A DNA stretch of 64,000 bases from Felis catus (taxonomy: Eukaryota). This document shows, piece after piece, positions 48,574 through 62,077 of the stretch. A model generated the notes under the pieces. The model had not been told where the DNA came from, searched no databases, and saw nothing but the letters and a program-made list of their open reading frames with translations. The stretch's first letter is position 1. Each line of letters starts with the position of its first letter. The translations under genes and the position numbers were made by a program. The DNA is taken from contig NC_058368.1 in NCBI RefSeq assembly GCF_018350175.1, positions 149,360,001-149,424,000 on the forward strand, written 5' to 3'.

Positions 48574-50402
48574 ACCATAACTTCTGTCCTTCCTCTGGTT
48601 ATTTATTTCTGTCCAATTTCTAGGCCATAAGACACAAATATAATAGAGAAAACATAGAAACACAGAAATGAGAATGTTTTCTTTATTATATATTTTTAAA
48701 AATAAAAGCAGTGTCCCCAGCCCTGGCATGCTCCAGGGCAGGGATGGCAGTGGGTATTGGTATTTATGTGTGTAGATCATATGGAGTAATATATAAATCA
48801 TTACATCAAAAACAAAAGAACAGAAGGGATGCCTTCAGGTGCAGACTTATGATGTCTTCTTGAAAAGGGATTTACCCTGGCTTTTCTGCCTTGTGCTGGT
48901 CCCTTGAAAGTATACACATTATCTTGCCATCTTAATATTTTCAACTAAAACAGTACTAAATACCTAAGATGAAATAAATACTTTATTGAATAAATAAATG
49001 CATAAATGTTCCCCTTTTCCTGAAACCAATGGTTTTAATTAATGCAGCTATGTAGCTACAAGTTACATTGAAACCACATTGAGTAAAGGCCAAAGAGGGG
49101 TAAGTCAGTCCTTGCATTCCAATTACACTTATTCTCTGAGTAAATGTTCATAAATGTAGAGAAGCTTGTGTACATCTGAGAATCAAAACATGGATCCCTT
49201 TGCTGTAGCTGTTTTATTCGCGGTGGGCTGGTCTCCACTTAAAACTGGTATAGATATTTCAATTGAGTCAGTCATTTACAGTTACACTTTCGTTATATAG
49301 CACTTTCGCCTGACAGTGTTATGGTGGACATATTCAGAGTTCCTAAATGGGAGCTCACCATGTTTATATCTTAAGGCATTTCAGTAACAAAAACTTATCA
49401 GGACTTTGCTTAAGTGTACTTAATCTTATTTTATACAAATCTCGTCGAATTTGGCTCTCTGGTTTCCCAGAAGACTATAAAGGGAAGAGACTGGATAGTA
49501 CAGACAAGTAGATAGGCACATTGAGATCAACTGGAAATAAGTACTAATAATTAAAGAGGGCAAAACAATTTATATACGGCCATTTTGCCGAATCTATTTT
49601 GCATCTTGTACTTAGAAGATGACTGTGTTATAACCAAGCATAGTTATCGACTCACAATTTATGTTGACTAAGAAAAGGTTAAATTATGTTCAGTATGCTC
49701 TGATCAAGTGGTTAGGGGAAGCACAGGGAACATTGTAGAAATATTTACTTGCAAACTGATCTGGTAGTATCCATAATGATTCAGTACCCAAGAACTGTAG
49801 ATAGCTGAGACAGAATTATTTGAGTCTAATTTAACCTTTTCTGAGATTATCTGTATAGTTTGGATGAGCATAGAGTGAAGAGAGACTGAGAACTTCAGTA
49901 GTGTAGGTGTTTCTATTCAATGTTCTGCTCATTGACCTCATGCCCTGGAATGAATGATTTGGCAAACGTAAATCCATTCTTTCCACAAAGGGTCTCAGTT
50001 CATACAATTCTGTCACCACAGAAGCATCATCAAAACTGAGTAGGATACTAACTTTTAACCATATACTTTTGGAGGACGGGGTGTATGACAGACCCTAACA
50101 ATTCATCTGGTTTCAACCTCAAACAGCAGTCTGTTGCAATTCTAGGACTGGAGGGCAGTGGCATTGTGTCTGTTGGATTTACGCAGCAATGGTATGTTGA
50201 TCTCTAATATGGCACCTTCCTAAGGAAAATTCAAGGTATTATGGCTTCTTCTATTTTTGCTTTATGTGCCGATACTCTGAACAAACCCTCAACTAAAAAG
50301 CAATTAAACAATCAATGAAGACATTAAGGATTGTGAAAGACAAGATTGTCTCCCTGACATACTGATACCTAAATCTCTTCTACCCAGCACACAGTAGGTA
50401 TT

Positions 50403-50505
50403 TTTTAAGTTTGTTTATTTATCATCTCTATACCCAACGTGAGGCTCAACTCACCATCCCAAGATCAAGCTGCATGCTTCCCTGACAGAGCCAGCCAGGG
50501 GCCCC
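50403..50505 (-). mobile_element. Short tRNA-like Can-SINE subtype without (CT)n
   Basis: 'atctctatacccaacgtgaggctcaactcacc...aagatcaag...gagccagccaggggcccc'; TSD taggtatt at 50395-50402 and 50508-50515. Confidence 0.88.
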
Positions 50506-51861
50506 AATAGGTATTACTTTTAAAATACTTTTTTTTTTTTAATTTGACTTCTTTGAGGAAAATCAAAAGATATTCCTGTTAGTTTATCAAGATTTAACTG
50601 GCTATTTCAGATTAAAATATAATGTTTATGAAAGTAGGAACTGCATTTACTTTTTCCACTTTTATTTCCTCAAATCATAATGTGGTGGGAGCATAGTAAC
50701 TATTCAACTACCCAGGAGTGAACTAGTAAACCAATCTAAAGTACATGGAGTCAAGGCATACTCAGTAGTGCATTTAAATTTAACTAGCAGTTAAGTGAAT
50801 CTGACTAAGGATGAGAAACATGTAGCAAGTAAAATAATTGGCTTTACTTAGGAATTTGAAGAGGATTAAAGCACTTGATTTGTATAATTAATGATATTAA
50901 TAGACTGATGTTCATCACTTCTGTGCCTTTTAAAGCTTTCAGTACCTTTGAAAGAAAGTAAAAGGACTTTTACCTTATATTTCAATTGGGAGTCTCCTAT
51001 TGAATAAGACAAGGGTGGTAACAATTGAATACTATTATATATGCATGTGTGTGTAGATGATACATAGTAGCATTACAGACCAGGACATGCTCCACATGTT
51101 TTCAGTGAATCTCTCCCCACACTGTTCCCTGGACCAAATGTGTTTTATTGCCTTCTGGATTTCAGCATCATTTACAAAGATGAAACCTAACCCATGGGAG
51201 CTATGAGTCCATGTGAAACTAAGCAGAATTAATTACTGTGAAGTACATTTGTTAGATTAAGAAAAGTTGGAGATATTCTGAGTTGGGATTAATAACTGGT
51301 GAGAAGTAAGAGAGCCTTCCCTCCTTTGAAAATAAATTGTCTCCCACAGGTCGTAAGGGATCTTTCTTAGGAAATCCAAATACCAAGTGGAAGAGTTACT
51401 CAATCCTAAACTGAATCCATTAATTGTTGGAATATTGGTAGAATAAAATGAACATGATATGGAAAACCAGAAACATAGAATGAATACAAATCAATTTTCT
51501 CCTCTGATTAAGTCTTATTCTTTTTTAGCTCTCCACATAGTTTTTTATTGTGAATTATAAAAATTTCTTCATTTTCTAAGACTGCTGAAATCTATCCCTA
51601 GGCATTTTGAGAATAAAATTCTGAGGTCTACATTCTCTAAGGTCTGTCTTCAAGTCCTGTTCATTTGCCAACACGGTGGGATTCAAAATTCTTTAACAGC
51701 AGCAACTGTTTTATGGCATTCTGTATTTTAAGATAAGATATACCACTATTAGAATAGATGAGACAAAACATAACCATGGTTTCACATGCCATTGCTCCCT
51801 GATGTTTTCAAATATTGAAATATGACCTCTTGCTTAAGATATTTGTAGGGAAATGTTCCTT

Positions 51862-52085
51862 ATTTTTTTTTTAATTTTTTAATGTTTATTTATTTTTTAG
51901 AGAGAGAGAGTGAGACAGAGCGTGAGCGGGGGAGGGCCAGAGATTGGGAGACACAGAATCGGAAGCAGGCTCCAGGCTCTGAGCTGTCAGCACAGAGCTC
52001 AATGTGGGGCTCGAACCCATGAATCCTGAGATCATGACCTAAGCCGAAGTCAGACACTCACCCGACTGAGCCACCCAGGTGCCCC
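51862..52085 (-). mobile_element. Feline Can-SINE (SINEC_Fc)
   Basis: Full body; TSD atgttcctt at 51853-51861 and 52086-52094. Confidence 0.97.
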
Positions 52086-52158
52086 ATGTTCCTTCTTTTT
52101 TAATGTCCAAAGATGTGATTGTTTAATGGAGAGTCTTTAAATTTTATGAGATTTCTTT

Positions 52159-52185
<27 letters not shown>
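52159..52185. repeat. (CA)13 microsatellite
   Basis: Perfect AC run. Confidence 0.96.
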
Positions 52186-52190
<5 letters not shown>

Positions 52191-53129
52191 TACACAAATG
52201 CAAATTAAAATAGAATGCTTGATATGAAAATATCAAATCTAGAACAAGCAAAAATGTTTAGTGTGTTTCTTGCCCTTAAATGTAATAAATGAATGGACTA
52301 TGGAACATAAAAAAAAAAGGAAACTAGGCAAGCAAGGAAGACAAAGCAGCACAAAGAAAGACTTTGTGTTCCTGGGAGCATATTAAAGATAAAAGGAAAA
52401 TATAAATCAAACTGAGAAAATGCCCTTTGAGTGGCTTCCTGATGGAATGACACAATCACATGTTGAGAGCCATATGGGAGAGTTCAAACAGTTTTAGACC
52501 TGAGCCCAGAGGGCAGTGAGGAGGCTGGCTGGGAGAATAATTTGTTTTGTTTCTTGGGAGGAAGGCCAGAATGACTGATGCTTTGACAGTTCCTGCTGGC
52601 TGATCAGCAACTCCTTCCAATTTTTCTTAACCTCTTATGAGAGATAAGACTAGAAGGGCAGAGACTGTGTAGGAGGTGATGACAGGGAACAACACTCAAA
52701 GTAAAAAGAGAGCCTGACACTACAAGCACATTCTAGTCAGACACCAGAGCTTGAACTGATTAGGCTGTTTAGTTGGTTTTACATGGCAGCCTTTATAGAG
52801 CTCTAATTCTTCAAACAGGAAGGGTTGTGTTTCCACTGGTGTTAGAAAAATGTTAGTTTTTGACAAAAAGGCTGGACTTGACATAAGACAGATGCAACTT
52901 TAGTTAAAACCTATGAGTAATTGAAGATCACTGTTCCTTAAAAAAAAAAGGCTGCAAGAAAACAAAATATTTTCATTTTGGTTTAGAGGAAATTATTCAC
53001 CAGAAGTTTAAATTTTGTGCAATATATGGCCTACATGTCAGAGAATTTCTCTTAGCCTGAAGGAAATTAAATTTCTAACCAGCAAAAAAGAATACTAGAA
53101 ATTGAACATTAAAATACTTCTCATTGTTA

Positions 53130-53579
53130 CAGCCTTCCAGTTATGGAATGAGTAAGTCACAGGAATAAAAGTCACAGTACAAGGATTATAGTCAACAGTA
53201 TTGTAATAGTGTAGTGTGGTGACAGATATAGCTACACTTGTGGTGACCATAGCATAACATATAGAATTGTGGAATCACTATATTGTACACCTGAAACTAA
53301 TGTAACACTGTGTGTTGACTACATGCATATAAAAATTAATTTTAAAAAGTCCTAGGCAAATATAGTAGCTAAAATTTATCATTACATTTATCTCTGAGCT
53401 CCTGGTCAGTCAAAGCATAAATGAAAACACAATTGGTTATAGCATCCCATTAGCTGATGAGTGAAAGCCAATCAGGAAAAATGAATCTTTTCCTGTTGCT
53501 AAGTCCTCTAACCTTTATATGATGTCAGAGTGAATTATGTAATGGAGAATGAACATCAGTATTGGTGATGTTACCAAAA
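53130..53579 (+). mobile_element. Carnivore L1 3' end (53130-53348) plus ~227 bp of 3'-transduced sequence
   Basis: L1_Carn-like 3'UTR 'ttccagttatggaatgagtaagtcac...gaatcactatattgtacacctgaaactaatgtaac'; perfect 19-bp TSD aaaatacttctcattgtta at 53111-53129 and 53580-53598. Confidence 0.88.
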
Positions 53580-53738
53580 AAAATACTTCTCATTGTTAAT
53601 AAAAAGCACATTGGTAGAGAAAGAGTCAAATATGTCAGTGAATTAAAACTTTGAACTATTTGTGTATATAGCTACTCGCTGAACTCATCCCACATAGAGA
53701 ACTCCTTATGGATGGAAAATATATGCTAAAAAATACAG

Positions 53739-54442
53739 TTTTTTTTTTAAATATGAAATTTATTGTCAAATTGGTTTCCATACAACACCCAGTGCTCATC
53801 CCAACAGGTGCCCTCATCAATACCCATCACCTACCCTCCCCTCCCTCCCACCCCCCATCAACCCTCAGTTTGTTCTCAGTTTTTAACAGTCTCTTATGCT
53901 TTGGCTCCCTCCCTCTCTAACCTTTTTTTTTTTTCCCTTCCCCTCCCTCATGGTCTTCTGTTAAGTTTCTCAGGATCCACATAAGGTGAAACCATATGGT
54001 ATCTGTCTTTCTCTGTATGACTTATTTCACTTAGCATAACACTCTCCAGTTCCATCCATGTTGCTACAAAAGGCCATATTTCATTCTTTCTCATTGCTAA
54101 GTAGTATTCCATTGTGTATATACACCACAATTTCTTTATCCATTCATCAGTTGATGACATTTAGACTCTTTCCATAATTTGGCTATTGAGGGTGCTGCTG
54201 TAAACATTGGGGTACAAGTGGCCCTATGCATCAGTACTCCTGTATCCCTTGGATAAATTCCTAGCAGTGCTATTGCTGGGTCATAGGGTAGATCTATTTT
54301 TAATTTTTTGAGGATCCTCCATACTATTTTCCAGAGCGGCTGCACCAGTTTGCATTCCCACCAACAGTGCAAGAGGGTTCCCATTTCTCCACATCCTCTC
54401 CAGCATCTATAGTCTCCTGATCTGTTCATTTTAGCCACCCTG
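53739..54442 (-). mobile_element. Felid L1 (L1_Fc-like), 5'-truncated, with frameshifted ORF2 C-terminus
   Basis: ORFs 54136-54438 ([25 protein letters not shown]...[12 protein letters not shown]) and 53948-54160 (DEWIKKLW.IYTMEYY...WMELESVMLSEIS) are L1 ORF2p C-terminal motifs; TSD aaaaata(ca)cagtttt. Confidence 0.97.
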
Positions 54443-56117
54443 GTGAAAAATACACAGTTTTAAAGCAGTATTGTAATGGGTGTAAAGGACCAAAAATGCA
54501 CCACACTACTTAAGACAATGATTTTACCTAGAGTTTGTAATAAGGAGAAGGTGAATGTTCATTAATGAGAAAAATCTATAAGAAAAGAAGGGGACCAGGG
54601 ACTTAAAGGAGGCAGGTAGACCAGGAAGTCATCCAAGTCTTAGGAGAATTTTGAGAAGGATGGAGTTAGATCTCATCCAAGTCACTGAGGAAAGATTGAA
54701 GTGGATACTATTTTGGAACGTGAGATGTCTTACTGTGGTTAGCTATTTCGTGGAAGACAAAAGAGAATTTCGTTATGGAAGCACAAGGCTTAGATGAAAT
54801 TCAATCTGGGCAAGTGGAAATTGAAAATGTGCCTTCTTTGTAGTTGCGTGCACAGCATTGACCCTGCAGTTAACCAACATTTTCTGTATTTTTTGGCAAA
54901 ATATATCAAAATTAGTTAGCAGAACCTCAAAAGTGGGGAAGTAAAGGAAAGAGAAAGAAAGGAGGGAGGGAGGGAAAAAGGAAGGAAAGACAAAAAAAAC
55001 CATCATTGATGACAAACCAGTGGGCTAAGAGTTTTATTCCCCATTTTTTGTTATCAGGTGGCGCTCTGTGTGTTCATGGGGACTTAGTGTTTTGTAGCCT
55101 TAGCTCATTCCTAGAGAATTTCCTACCTTGAGCTAGTTTGAAAAAAAAAATCAGGATATGCAAAATTAAAAACCTTGTAAGTATTTGCACAATACCTTTT
55201 AGCTACAGAGGTAAACTGGTTTAGAATATACATAAAATCAACTCTTCCCTCAATCCTAGTAAATGCCTTCATTGATCTTTTCTAAAATAATTACTTCAGC
55301 CATAGAATCTACAGATACATATCCTAGACCCTTATAAGAAACAACTTTTCTAGATTGACATAACCCCCCTGAATGAGTCTATCAGTTCAGCCCAAATGCA
55401 AATAAGTTTAACCTCAAGATTAACTGAAATATCACCATACTTTGAAAAAGTCTCCTAATGACATAAATGCAAAGTTCTCCATGTATAATAAAAAGAGGGG
55501 GGAAAAAGACTAGAGTGGTAGTTTTCAAATTTTAGTGTACCTCAGAATTACCTGAGTCAGCTTCTAGAAAAGTAGTTGAATTTGCCTTCATTGCTGGCTC
55601 CCTTTCTCTAGCACAATCTGGCCCCAGGTTGATCAGGTGTTTGATGGATGTCAGAAGGCTATTTAGCCAATTTACACAAAACTAAAAGTACATAGGAAGA
55701 AAGAGGATGTTTTAGTCCTAGTGTAGAGAGAAGCGTCCCCCAGAAGGGCAATGAGTGAGCCTTCTAGTTTTACCTTTCTTCTCCACACTGCTGTTCCTTT
55801 GAGGAACAGGAAAGCAGCCACTGGCATTGGCCACTAAAATCAGAGCAGAGTAGGAGTCTCTATAGGGTGGGGACAAGCAATCTGGTTAGTACCCAGCATT
55901 CTTTCTTCTCTCTCTCTCTTACTTACTGGGCTAGCAATTTATATCAGACAGTATTTGTCCCTGAATAGAAACAATGCCTGAGAAAGACAAGTTTGGTGGT
56001 ACCTGAGGACAAGGGAAATCTGTTGCAGGAGAGAGAGAAAAAGGGATAATTAAATGCAGACTGTAAAAGAGGCACCCCTCCCAGGTCACTTGAAGGAACC
56101 CGAGCTAAGGTATACAT

Positions 56118-56288
56118 CAGTGTTCTCCAAACTTTAGAGTGCAAATAAATCACGTGGCTGGTCTTATTATTATGCAGATTCTGATTTAATAACTTGGGAA
56201 TTCCCTGAAATACTGTCTTTCTAATATGCTCCTAGATGATGCCAGTGCTGCTGGTCCTGTCTTTAGACACCACTTTGAGAACCAAAGG
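56118..56288. mobile_element. MER5-family MITE
   Basis: 'cagtgttctccaaactttagagtgcaaataaatcac...atgcagattctgatt...gatgatgccagtgctgctggtcc...cactttgagaaccaaagg'. Confidence 0.8.
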
Positions 56289-56299
56289 TTTCAATACTA

Positions 56300-57290
56300 C
56301 CAGACAGAACAGTTAATAATGCCAAAGCAATGAAAGATGAACTTACAGAGAAAATCAGCATGACTTCTGAGTACTTAAAGTACTATGAAAGACAGATAAC
56401 AAATAGAATAGCTGATACAGAGTTAGTAGAGGTAATGATATGAAAAGAATATAACATATAGACATAATAGTTTCCTAAGGGGCATAAAGATTTTGGAACC
56501 CAATTGAAGATACTCAGTATTAAAAACACATAATTGTTGGGGTGCCTGGATGGCTTAGTTGGTTAAATGTCTGACTCTTGATTTCAGCTCATGCCATGAT
56601 CTCATGGTTCGTAGGATCAAGCCCCATGTCAGGCTCAGTACTGAACATGGAGACTGCTTGAGGTTCTCTCTTTCTTTCCCTCTGCCCCTCTCCCCCACTC
56701 ACACACATGTACTCTCTCTTTCTCTAACAAAAAAAATTAAACAAAAATAATTGTTGAAGTAATTCAGTAGATGGGTTGAATAGCAGAATTTAGAAAGCTA
56801 AAAAATAAATTTTTGATCTAGAATATAATGGTCAAGGAACATTCCCAAAGTCCTCAGGAAAGAATAAAGGAAGGAGACATGTTAAGACCCATATAAAAAG
56901 GGCCTCCTCAGAACAGGATATAAAAGTAAACAAGACAGAGGAAATATTTGGGAAAAAATGTAATCTTCCAGATTTATACCCAGAATGATATAAACTCTCA
57001 GATAAAAGGACAGAGTAAAGAACAAAATAGTTACTGAAAAACCCATAACATGAAAACACTAGTGAAATTTAAGAACACCAAGACTAAGTCCTATACACTT
57101 TTGGAGAGAAAAAAGATCATTTAAAAAAAATTTAGACTGACCTCAGACTCCTCTCCAACAACACTGAATCATATTTGAGAGGGAAATATTAAATTTTTAT
57201 ATCCAACTAACCTGTTGCTTAAAGGTAAGGACAAGTAAAAGTATTTTTTCTCAGCCATAAAAATCAATAAGTTCTTACTGTGCAAAGAAC
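56300..57290 (+). mobile_element. Ancient L1/HAL1 ORF1-like remnant, interrupted by a SINE
   Basis: 'ttcagtagatgggttgaatagcagaatt...agtgaaatttaagaacaccaagac...ttagactgacctcagactcctctccaacaacactg...tttatatccaactaacctg' are ORF1 coiled-coil and C-terminal phrases. Confidence 0.65.
56540..56746 (+). mobile_element. Feline Can-SINE (Fc2-like)
   Basis: Full body; TSD ataattgttg at 56530-56539 and 56747-56756. Confidence 0.94.
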
Positions 57291-57296
57291 CACATT

Positions 57297-57716
57297 TTTT
57301 GTTTTTCATTTTTTTTCTTTGTTTAAAATTTAAATCCAAGTTAGCCAATATACAGTGTAATAATCATTTCAGGAATATATTTTAGTAATTGATCACATAC
57401 ATATAATACCCAGTGCTCATCAATTTAGCTCATCCCCCCTTTATGCCCATTGACCATTTAGCCCATCTACCTACCCCAACACCCCACCCGCAACCCTCAG
57501 TTCCTTCTATTTAAGAGTCTCTTATGGTTTGTCCCCCTCTTTGTTTTTATATTATTTTTGCTTTTATTCTATTATGTTCATGTTTTCTTAAATTCCACAT
57601 ATGAATGAAATCATATGATATTTGTCTTTCTCTGATTTATTTCACTTAGCATAATACACTCTAGTTCCATCCACATTGTTGCACATGGCAAAATTTCATT
57701 CTTTTTGATCACTGAA

Positions 57717-57766
<50 letters not shown>

Positions 57767-58287
57767 TACATACATATATATATTAAATCGTCTTTATACA
57801 TTCATCAGTCAATGGATATTGACCTCTTTCCATACTTTGGCTATTGTTGGTAGTGCTGCTATAAACATTGGGGTGCATATGTCCCTATGAAACAGCATAC
57901 CTGTATCCCTTGGAGTAAATACCTAGTAGTGCAATTGCTGGGTCATAGAGTAGTTCTGTTTTTAACTTTTTGAGGAACCTCCATACTGTTTTCCAGAGTG
58001 GCTGCACCAGCTTGCATTGCCACCAACAATGCAAAAGAGATCCTCTTTCTCTGCATCCTCGCCAGCATCTGTTGTTGCCTGAGTTGTTAATGTTAGCCAT
58101 TCTGACAGGTGTAAGGTGATATCTCACTGTGGTTTTGGTTTGTATTTCCCTGATGATGAGTGATGTTGAGCATCTTTTCATGTGTCTGTTAGCCATCTGG
58201 ATGTCTTCTTTGGAGAAATGTCTATTCATGTTTTCTGCCCATGTCTTCACTGGACTATTTGCTTTTTGGGTGTTGAGTTTGTTAAGT
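57297..58287 (-). mobile_element. Carnivore/felid L1, 5'-truncated (~1 kb), with ORF2 C-terminal remnant
   Basis: ORF 57885-58250 '[42 protein letters not shown]...CWRGC'; degenerate 16-bp TSD at 57281-57296 and 58288-58303; internal (TG)(TA)(CA) expansion at 57717-57783. Confidence 0.96.
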
Positions 58288-59142
58288 TGCAGAGAATCAT
58301 ATTGTAAGTCAAGTGGTCTGGAATGGCTCTGATATGCATTTGGAAAATAGGTGATTGTGCTGCAGACAGTTCATAGGTGATTCAAAATGCTCCCTTTGAA
58401 AAGAGCTTAATTAAAGGAAAATCTTTGTGAAGCCTTTCAACTTGGAATTAAGCTTTCATACATTAGAAAGACTGCTAAACTCATAATAAGTAATACTTGT
58501 TAATCTTTGAGCACTTTTTCCCTTTCCAATACTTTTAAGACTTTGTTTTAAACTTTCTCATTGTGAAATAATTTCAGACTTACCATAAAACTGCCCAAGT
58601 ACTACAAAGGGAGTTCCCTTATACCCTTTCTTGAATTTCTTCAAATGTTAATACATTGAATCCTCATAGTACAATTATTAAAGATAGTAAATTAACATCA
58701 CAGAATCCTCAAATAATATACTCATCTTATGCAAATATCAATAATTATCTCATGTCATTTTTCTGATCTAGAAGTCAATGAAGGATCACACATTGTGTTT
58801 AATTGTTATTTTTCCTTAATCTCTTTCAATCTCTGATTGTTCTTCTGTCTTCCTTATTTGATACCTTGATACTTTTGAAGAATACCTGCCAGTTATTTGT
58901 AAAATGTCCCTCAATCTGAGTTTTCTAATATTTCTTAATGATTATATTCAGGTTGTGTATATATGACAAGAATACTACAGTAGTCATGTTCTCTTCTTAT
59001 GAATCCAGAGGCACATAATTTTGATATGTTCTATTACCAGTGATGTCAAGTTTGACTACTTGGTTAAGATAGTGTCTACCAGGTCTCTCCTCTATGGTAT
59101 TATCCAAAAGATAATGTTTTATTTCCATCATTTCTTTCTCAG

Positions 59143-59191
<49 letters not shown>

Positions 59192-59356
59192 TTAGAGGTG
59201 GGGGAGGGGTACAGGGAAAGAGAAGGAGTGAATCATAAGCAGGCTCCATCCTCAGTGCAGAGCTCAACATGTGGCTTGATATCACAACCATGAAATCATG
59301 ATCTGAGCCAAAATTTAGAGTCAGACATTTAACCAACTGAGTCACTCAGGTGCCCC
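59143..59356 (-). mobile_element. Feline Can-SINE (Fc2-like) with (TTA)n tail
   Basis: About 15 TTA units at 59145-59192, then body ending ...ttaaccaactgagtcactcaggtgcccc. Confidence 0.93.
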
Positions 59357-60509
59357 TTCTTCATTTTTAAGTTGGAATTCTACTATAAGAACTTTCCCTT
59401 TTCATTCATTCATTCATTGACTTCAGTATGAACTTACAGCAATTTTTTCATCCCATGAACTTATAATCCAGTATTCTAATTATTTTTTGGTTATATTATT
59501 CTAGATTTGGTCATGGGGACTTCTTCACCTTGGCTTCTGTGTCTTTTCATCCTGCTCATGTTAATTTTTAGCTGTTTCTTTAATTTCTGAAACCACATGG
59601 CATTCTGGATTCAACTTGTACTTTCCCTGCCCCCAGTCTTAGACCCAGCCATTTCTCTAAGGGGTACTGATTGGTTGTATTGGACAATCGTGTCTGAGAC
59701 CAAGATGTGGAAGTGAGGTGTACTTATGGCTACTGCAATGTCATTGCTTCTCGGCCTTTGCAGAGAATAGAGCTAGGAAATACATGTATTTATATGTTCA
59801 CATCTTCACCTATTTTTGTGTTTCTTTATATGTATAAACATTGAAAATCCTGAGTTCTGACTCTTCCACCACCACAATATCCATCTTAGGTTTGCCCACC
59901 TCTCCACTTGTAATTCCTTTTCCTCAAGAGGTAGCAAATCTGGCTGTCATTATCTAGAATATATTCACTTATTTTCTCAGTTCTAGAATACACATGAATT
60001 AGTTTCAAATCTGCTAACCCATCTGCCATGAAAAACACTTCACTACCTAGAGTACGATATTTGTATAAAATTCTTGTCCTTAGCCTTAATTTATACAGTC
60101 AAAATAGTATTTTGACTTAGATTAGTTCAAATCTAAGAACTACTTAGATTCATTCTTCCTCACCTGCTTCCATGTGGTTATCTTACTTGTGATACAGTTA
60201 GTTCATTTTTTACTGTTTGTAGTTGATTTTAGAGTCCACCAACATTGAGGTTAATTTTATTTTATTTTTGAGCATGTGAAACTATGACATCTAAAACTCA
60301 AAACTGTTGACAAGGAATCCATGGAGAAGTGACCATCCTCCCTATCTCTTCTCCGATCTTTTCACCACATTCCTATCCATACCCTCTAGGAAACCAATCT
60401 CATTAGTTTTTAGTGTATTCTTATATTTCATATATTTCATGCTGCACAAATGAACAGATCCTTGTATACTTCATATAGCTTTTTTTGCTTGTCTGTCTTT
60501 CTTTCTCTT

Positions 60510-60544
60510 TCATTCATTCATTCATTCATTCATTCATTCATTCA
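60510..60544. repeat. (TTCA)n microsatellite
   Basis: About 8 units. Confidence 0.93.
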
Positions 60545-60869
60545 AAACTTACTCTGCCTGTTATAAATACTGCTTTAGAAACTTATATTTTTACTGGGCA
60601 GAATATGGTAGAAAACACTCCTTACAATTTCATAGAGATATTTTTCATTCCTTTTTACAAATGTGTTGTACTCCATTCTTTGGATGTACCATAATGTATT
60701 CAGCCACTCTTCAGTGTCTGGATTTTTAGATTCCTTACAATATTTTGGAATTATAAACAATGCTGCAATGAATCACCTTATGCATAGGTATTTTCATTAC
60801 ATTTAAAATGTATCTTAGAAAAATTTCTTAGAAATGGGATTGTTAAGTCAAAATGTGCATGCACAGGTT

Positions 60870-60970
60870 TACTTATGGGGAGCATTGAGTAAAGTGTAGA
60901 GTTGTTGAACTAATATGTTGTGCACCTGAAACTGATATAACATTGTATATTAATTATACTTTAAAAAATA
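60870..60970 (+). mobile_element. Very short carnivore L1 3' end inserted in the old L1
   Basis: 'gagcattgagtaaagtgtagagttgttgaactaatatgttgtgcacctgaaactgatataacattgtatattaattatactttaaaaaa', same family as the 37959 and 53130 copies. Confidence 0.85.
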
Positions 60971-61233
60971 AGGGCATGTGTAGATTTCTTATTGACAAAT
61001 TTTTCTGCAGATGACTTGCACCAGTTTGCATTCTCTGCAGCAATTTATGAGTGTGCCAATTTTCCTAAAGTCTTGCTAATAAACCGAGTTGTTTTCAATT
61101 TTTGCTAGTTTTATAAATGGTAAGTGGTACCTAAGTGTTGTGTTGATTTGTATTACACTGAGGGTATCTTTTCATGTGTTTAAAGACCATTTAAAAAATA
61201 AGTATTTGTGAGTTTTTTGATTATAGGTTTTTA

Positions 61234-61457
61234 ATTTTTTTTAATGTTTATTTTTGAGAGAGAGAGACAGACAGACAGAATATGAGCAGGGGAAGGGCAG
61301 AGAGAGAGATAGGGAGACACGGAAACCGAAGCAGGCTCCAGGCTCTGAGCTGTGAGCACAGAGCCTGACATAGGGCTTGAACCCACAAACTGTGAGACCA
61401 TGATCATGACATGAGCTGAAGTCTGGCACTTAACTGACTGAGCCACCCAGGCGCCCC
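61234..61457 (-). mobile_element. Feline Can-SINE (SINEC_Fc)
   Basis: Full body; 16-bp TSD tgattataggttttta at 61218-61233 and 61460-61475. Confidence 0.97.
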
Positions 61458-62077
61458 TCTGATTATAGGTTTTTAGTCTTTTGCTCAGTTTTAAGAGGTG
61501 TTTTTTTAAAATGTATTGGGGATATTAACCTTGGGTCTATGGTACATGCTGTAAATGGTTTCCCCCTGATTATCAGTTCTTTCTTGACTTCATTTATGAT
61601 GTATTTGTCATGGTACAAGTTTTTATTTTTATGTAGTTAAATTTATCAGTCTTTTACTGTTTCTGAGTTTTAGTCACAAAGTCTTTTTTTTTACCCTGAC
61701 ATTAAAGAAGAATTCACCCATGTTTTCTTTTAATATCTGCCTCATTTTCTTACATTTAGCTCTCTAATTCATTTGGAATTGAGTCTTGTGAAAGGTGTGA
61801 GGTATAGTTACAGTTTTGTGGTGTGTTTTTTCCAAATGGCTACCCAGTGGTTACAGTCCAATGCGGATTATTAAAAAGTCCATTTTTGTCCCCGTGATTC
61901 AAGAAGCTACATTTACAATATATAAAATTTGCATATCTACTTAGGTATATTTCTGAGCTTTCCATTCTATTTCACTGATGTGTCCATCTATTCATGTGAC
62001 AATGCCAAACTGTTGCAGTTACAGAGGCTTTCTTTATAGGATATTTGAATGATAGGGTTAGTCTCTCTGTTGTAGGC

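Noticed and set aside
52501..52520. CTCF-like motifs (gcccagagggcag; also tatcaggtggcgct near 55053)
   Set aside because: Both mismatch the strongly conserved 5' C of the core motif.
53948..54438. Functional L1 ORF2 (also 57885-58250)
   Set aside because: 5'-truncated, frameshifted fragments with no endonuclease or RT domain.
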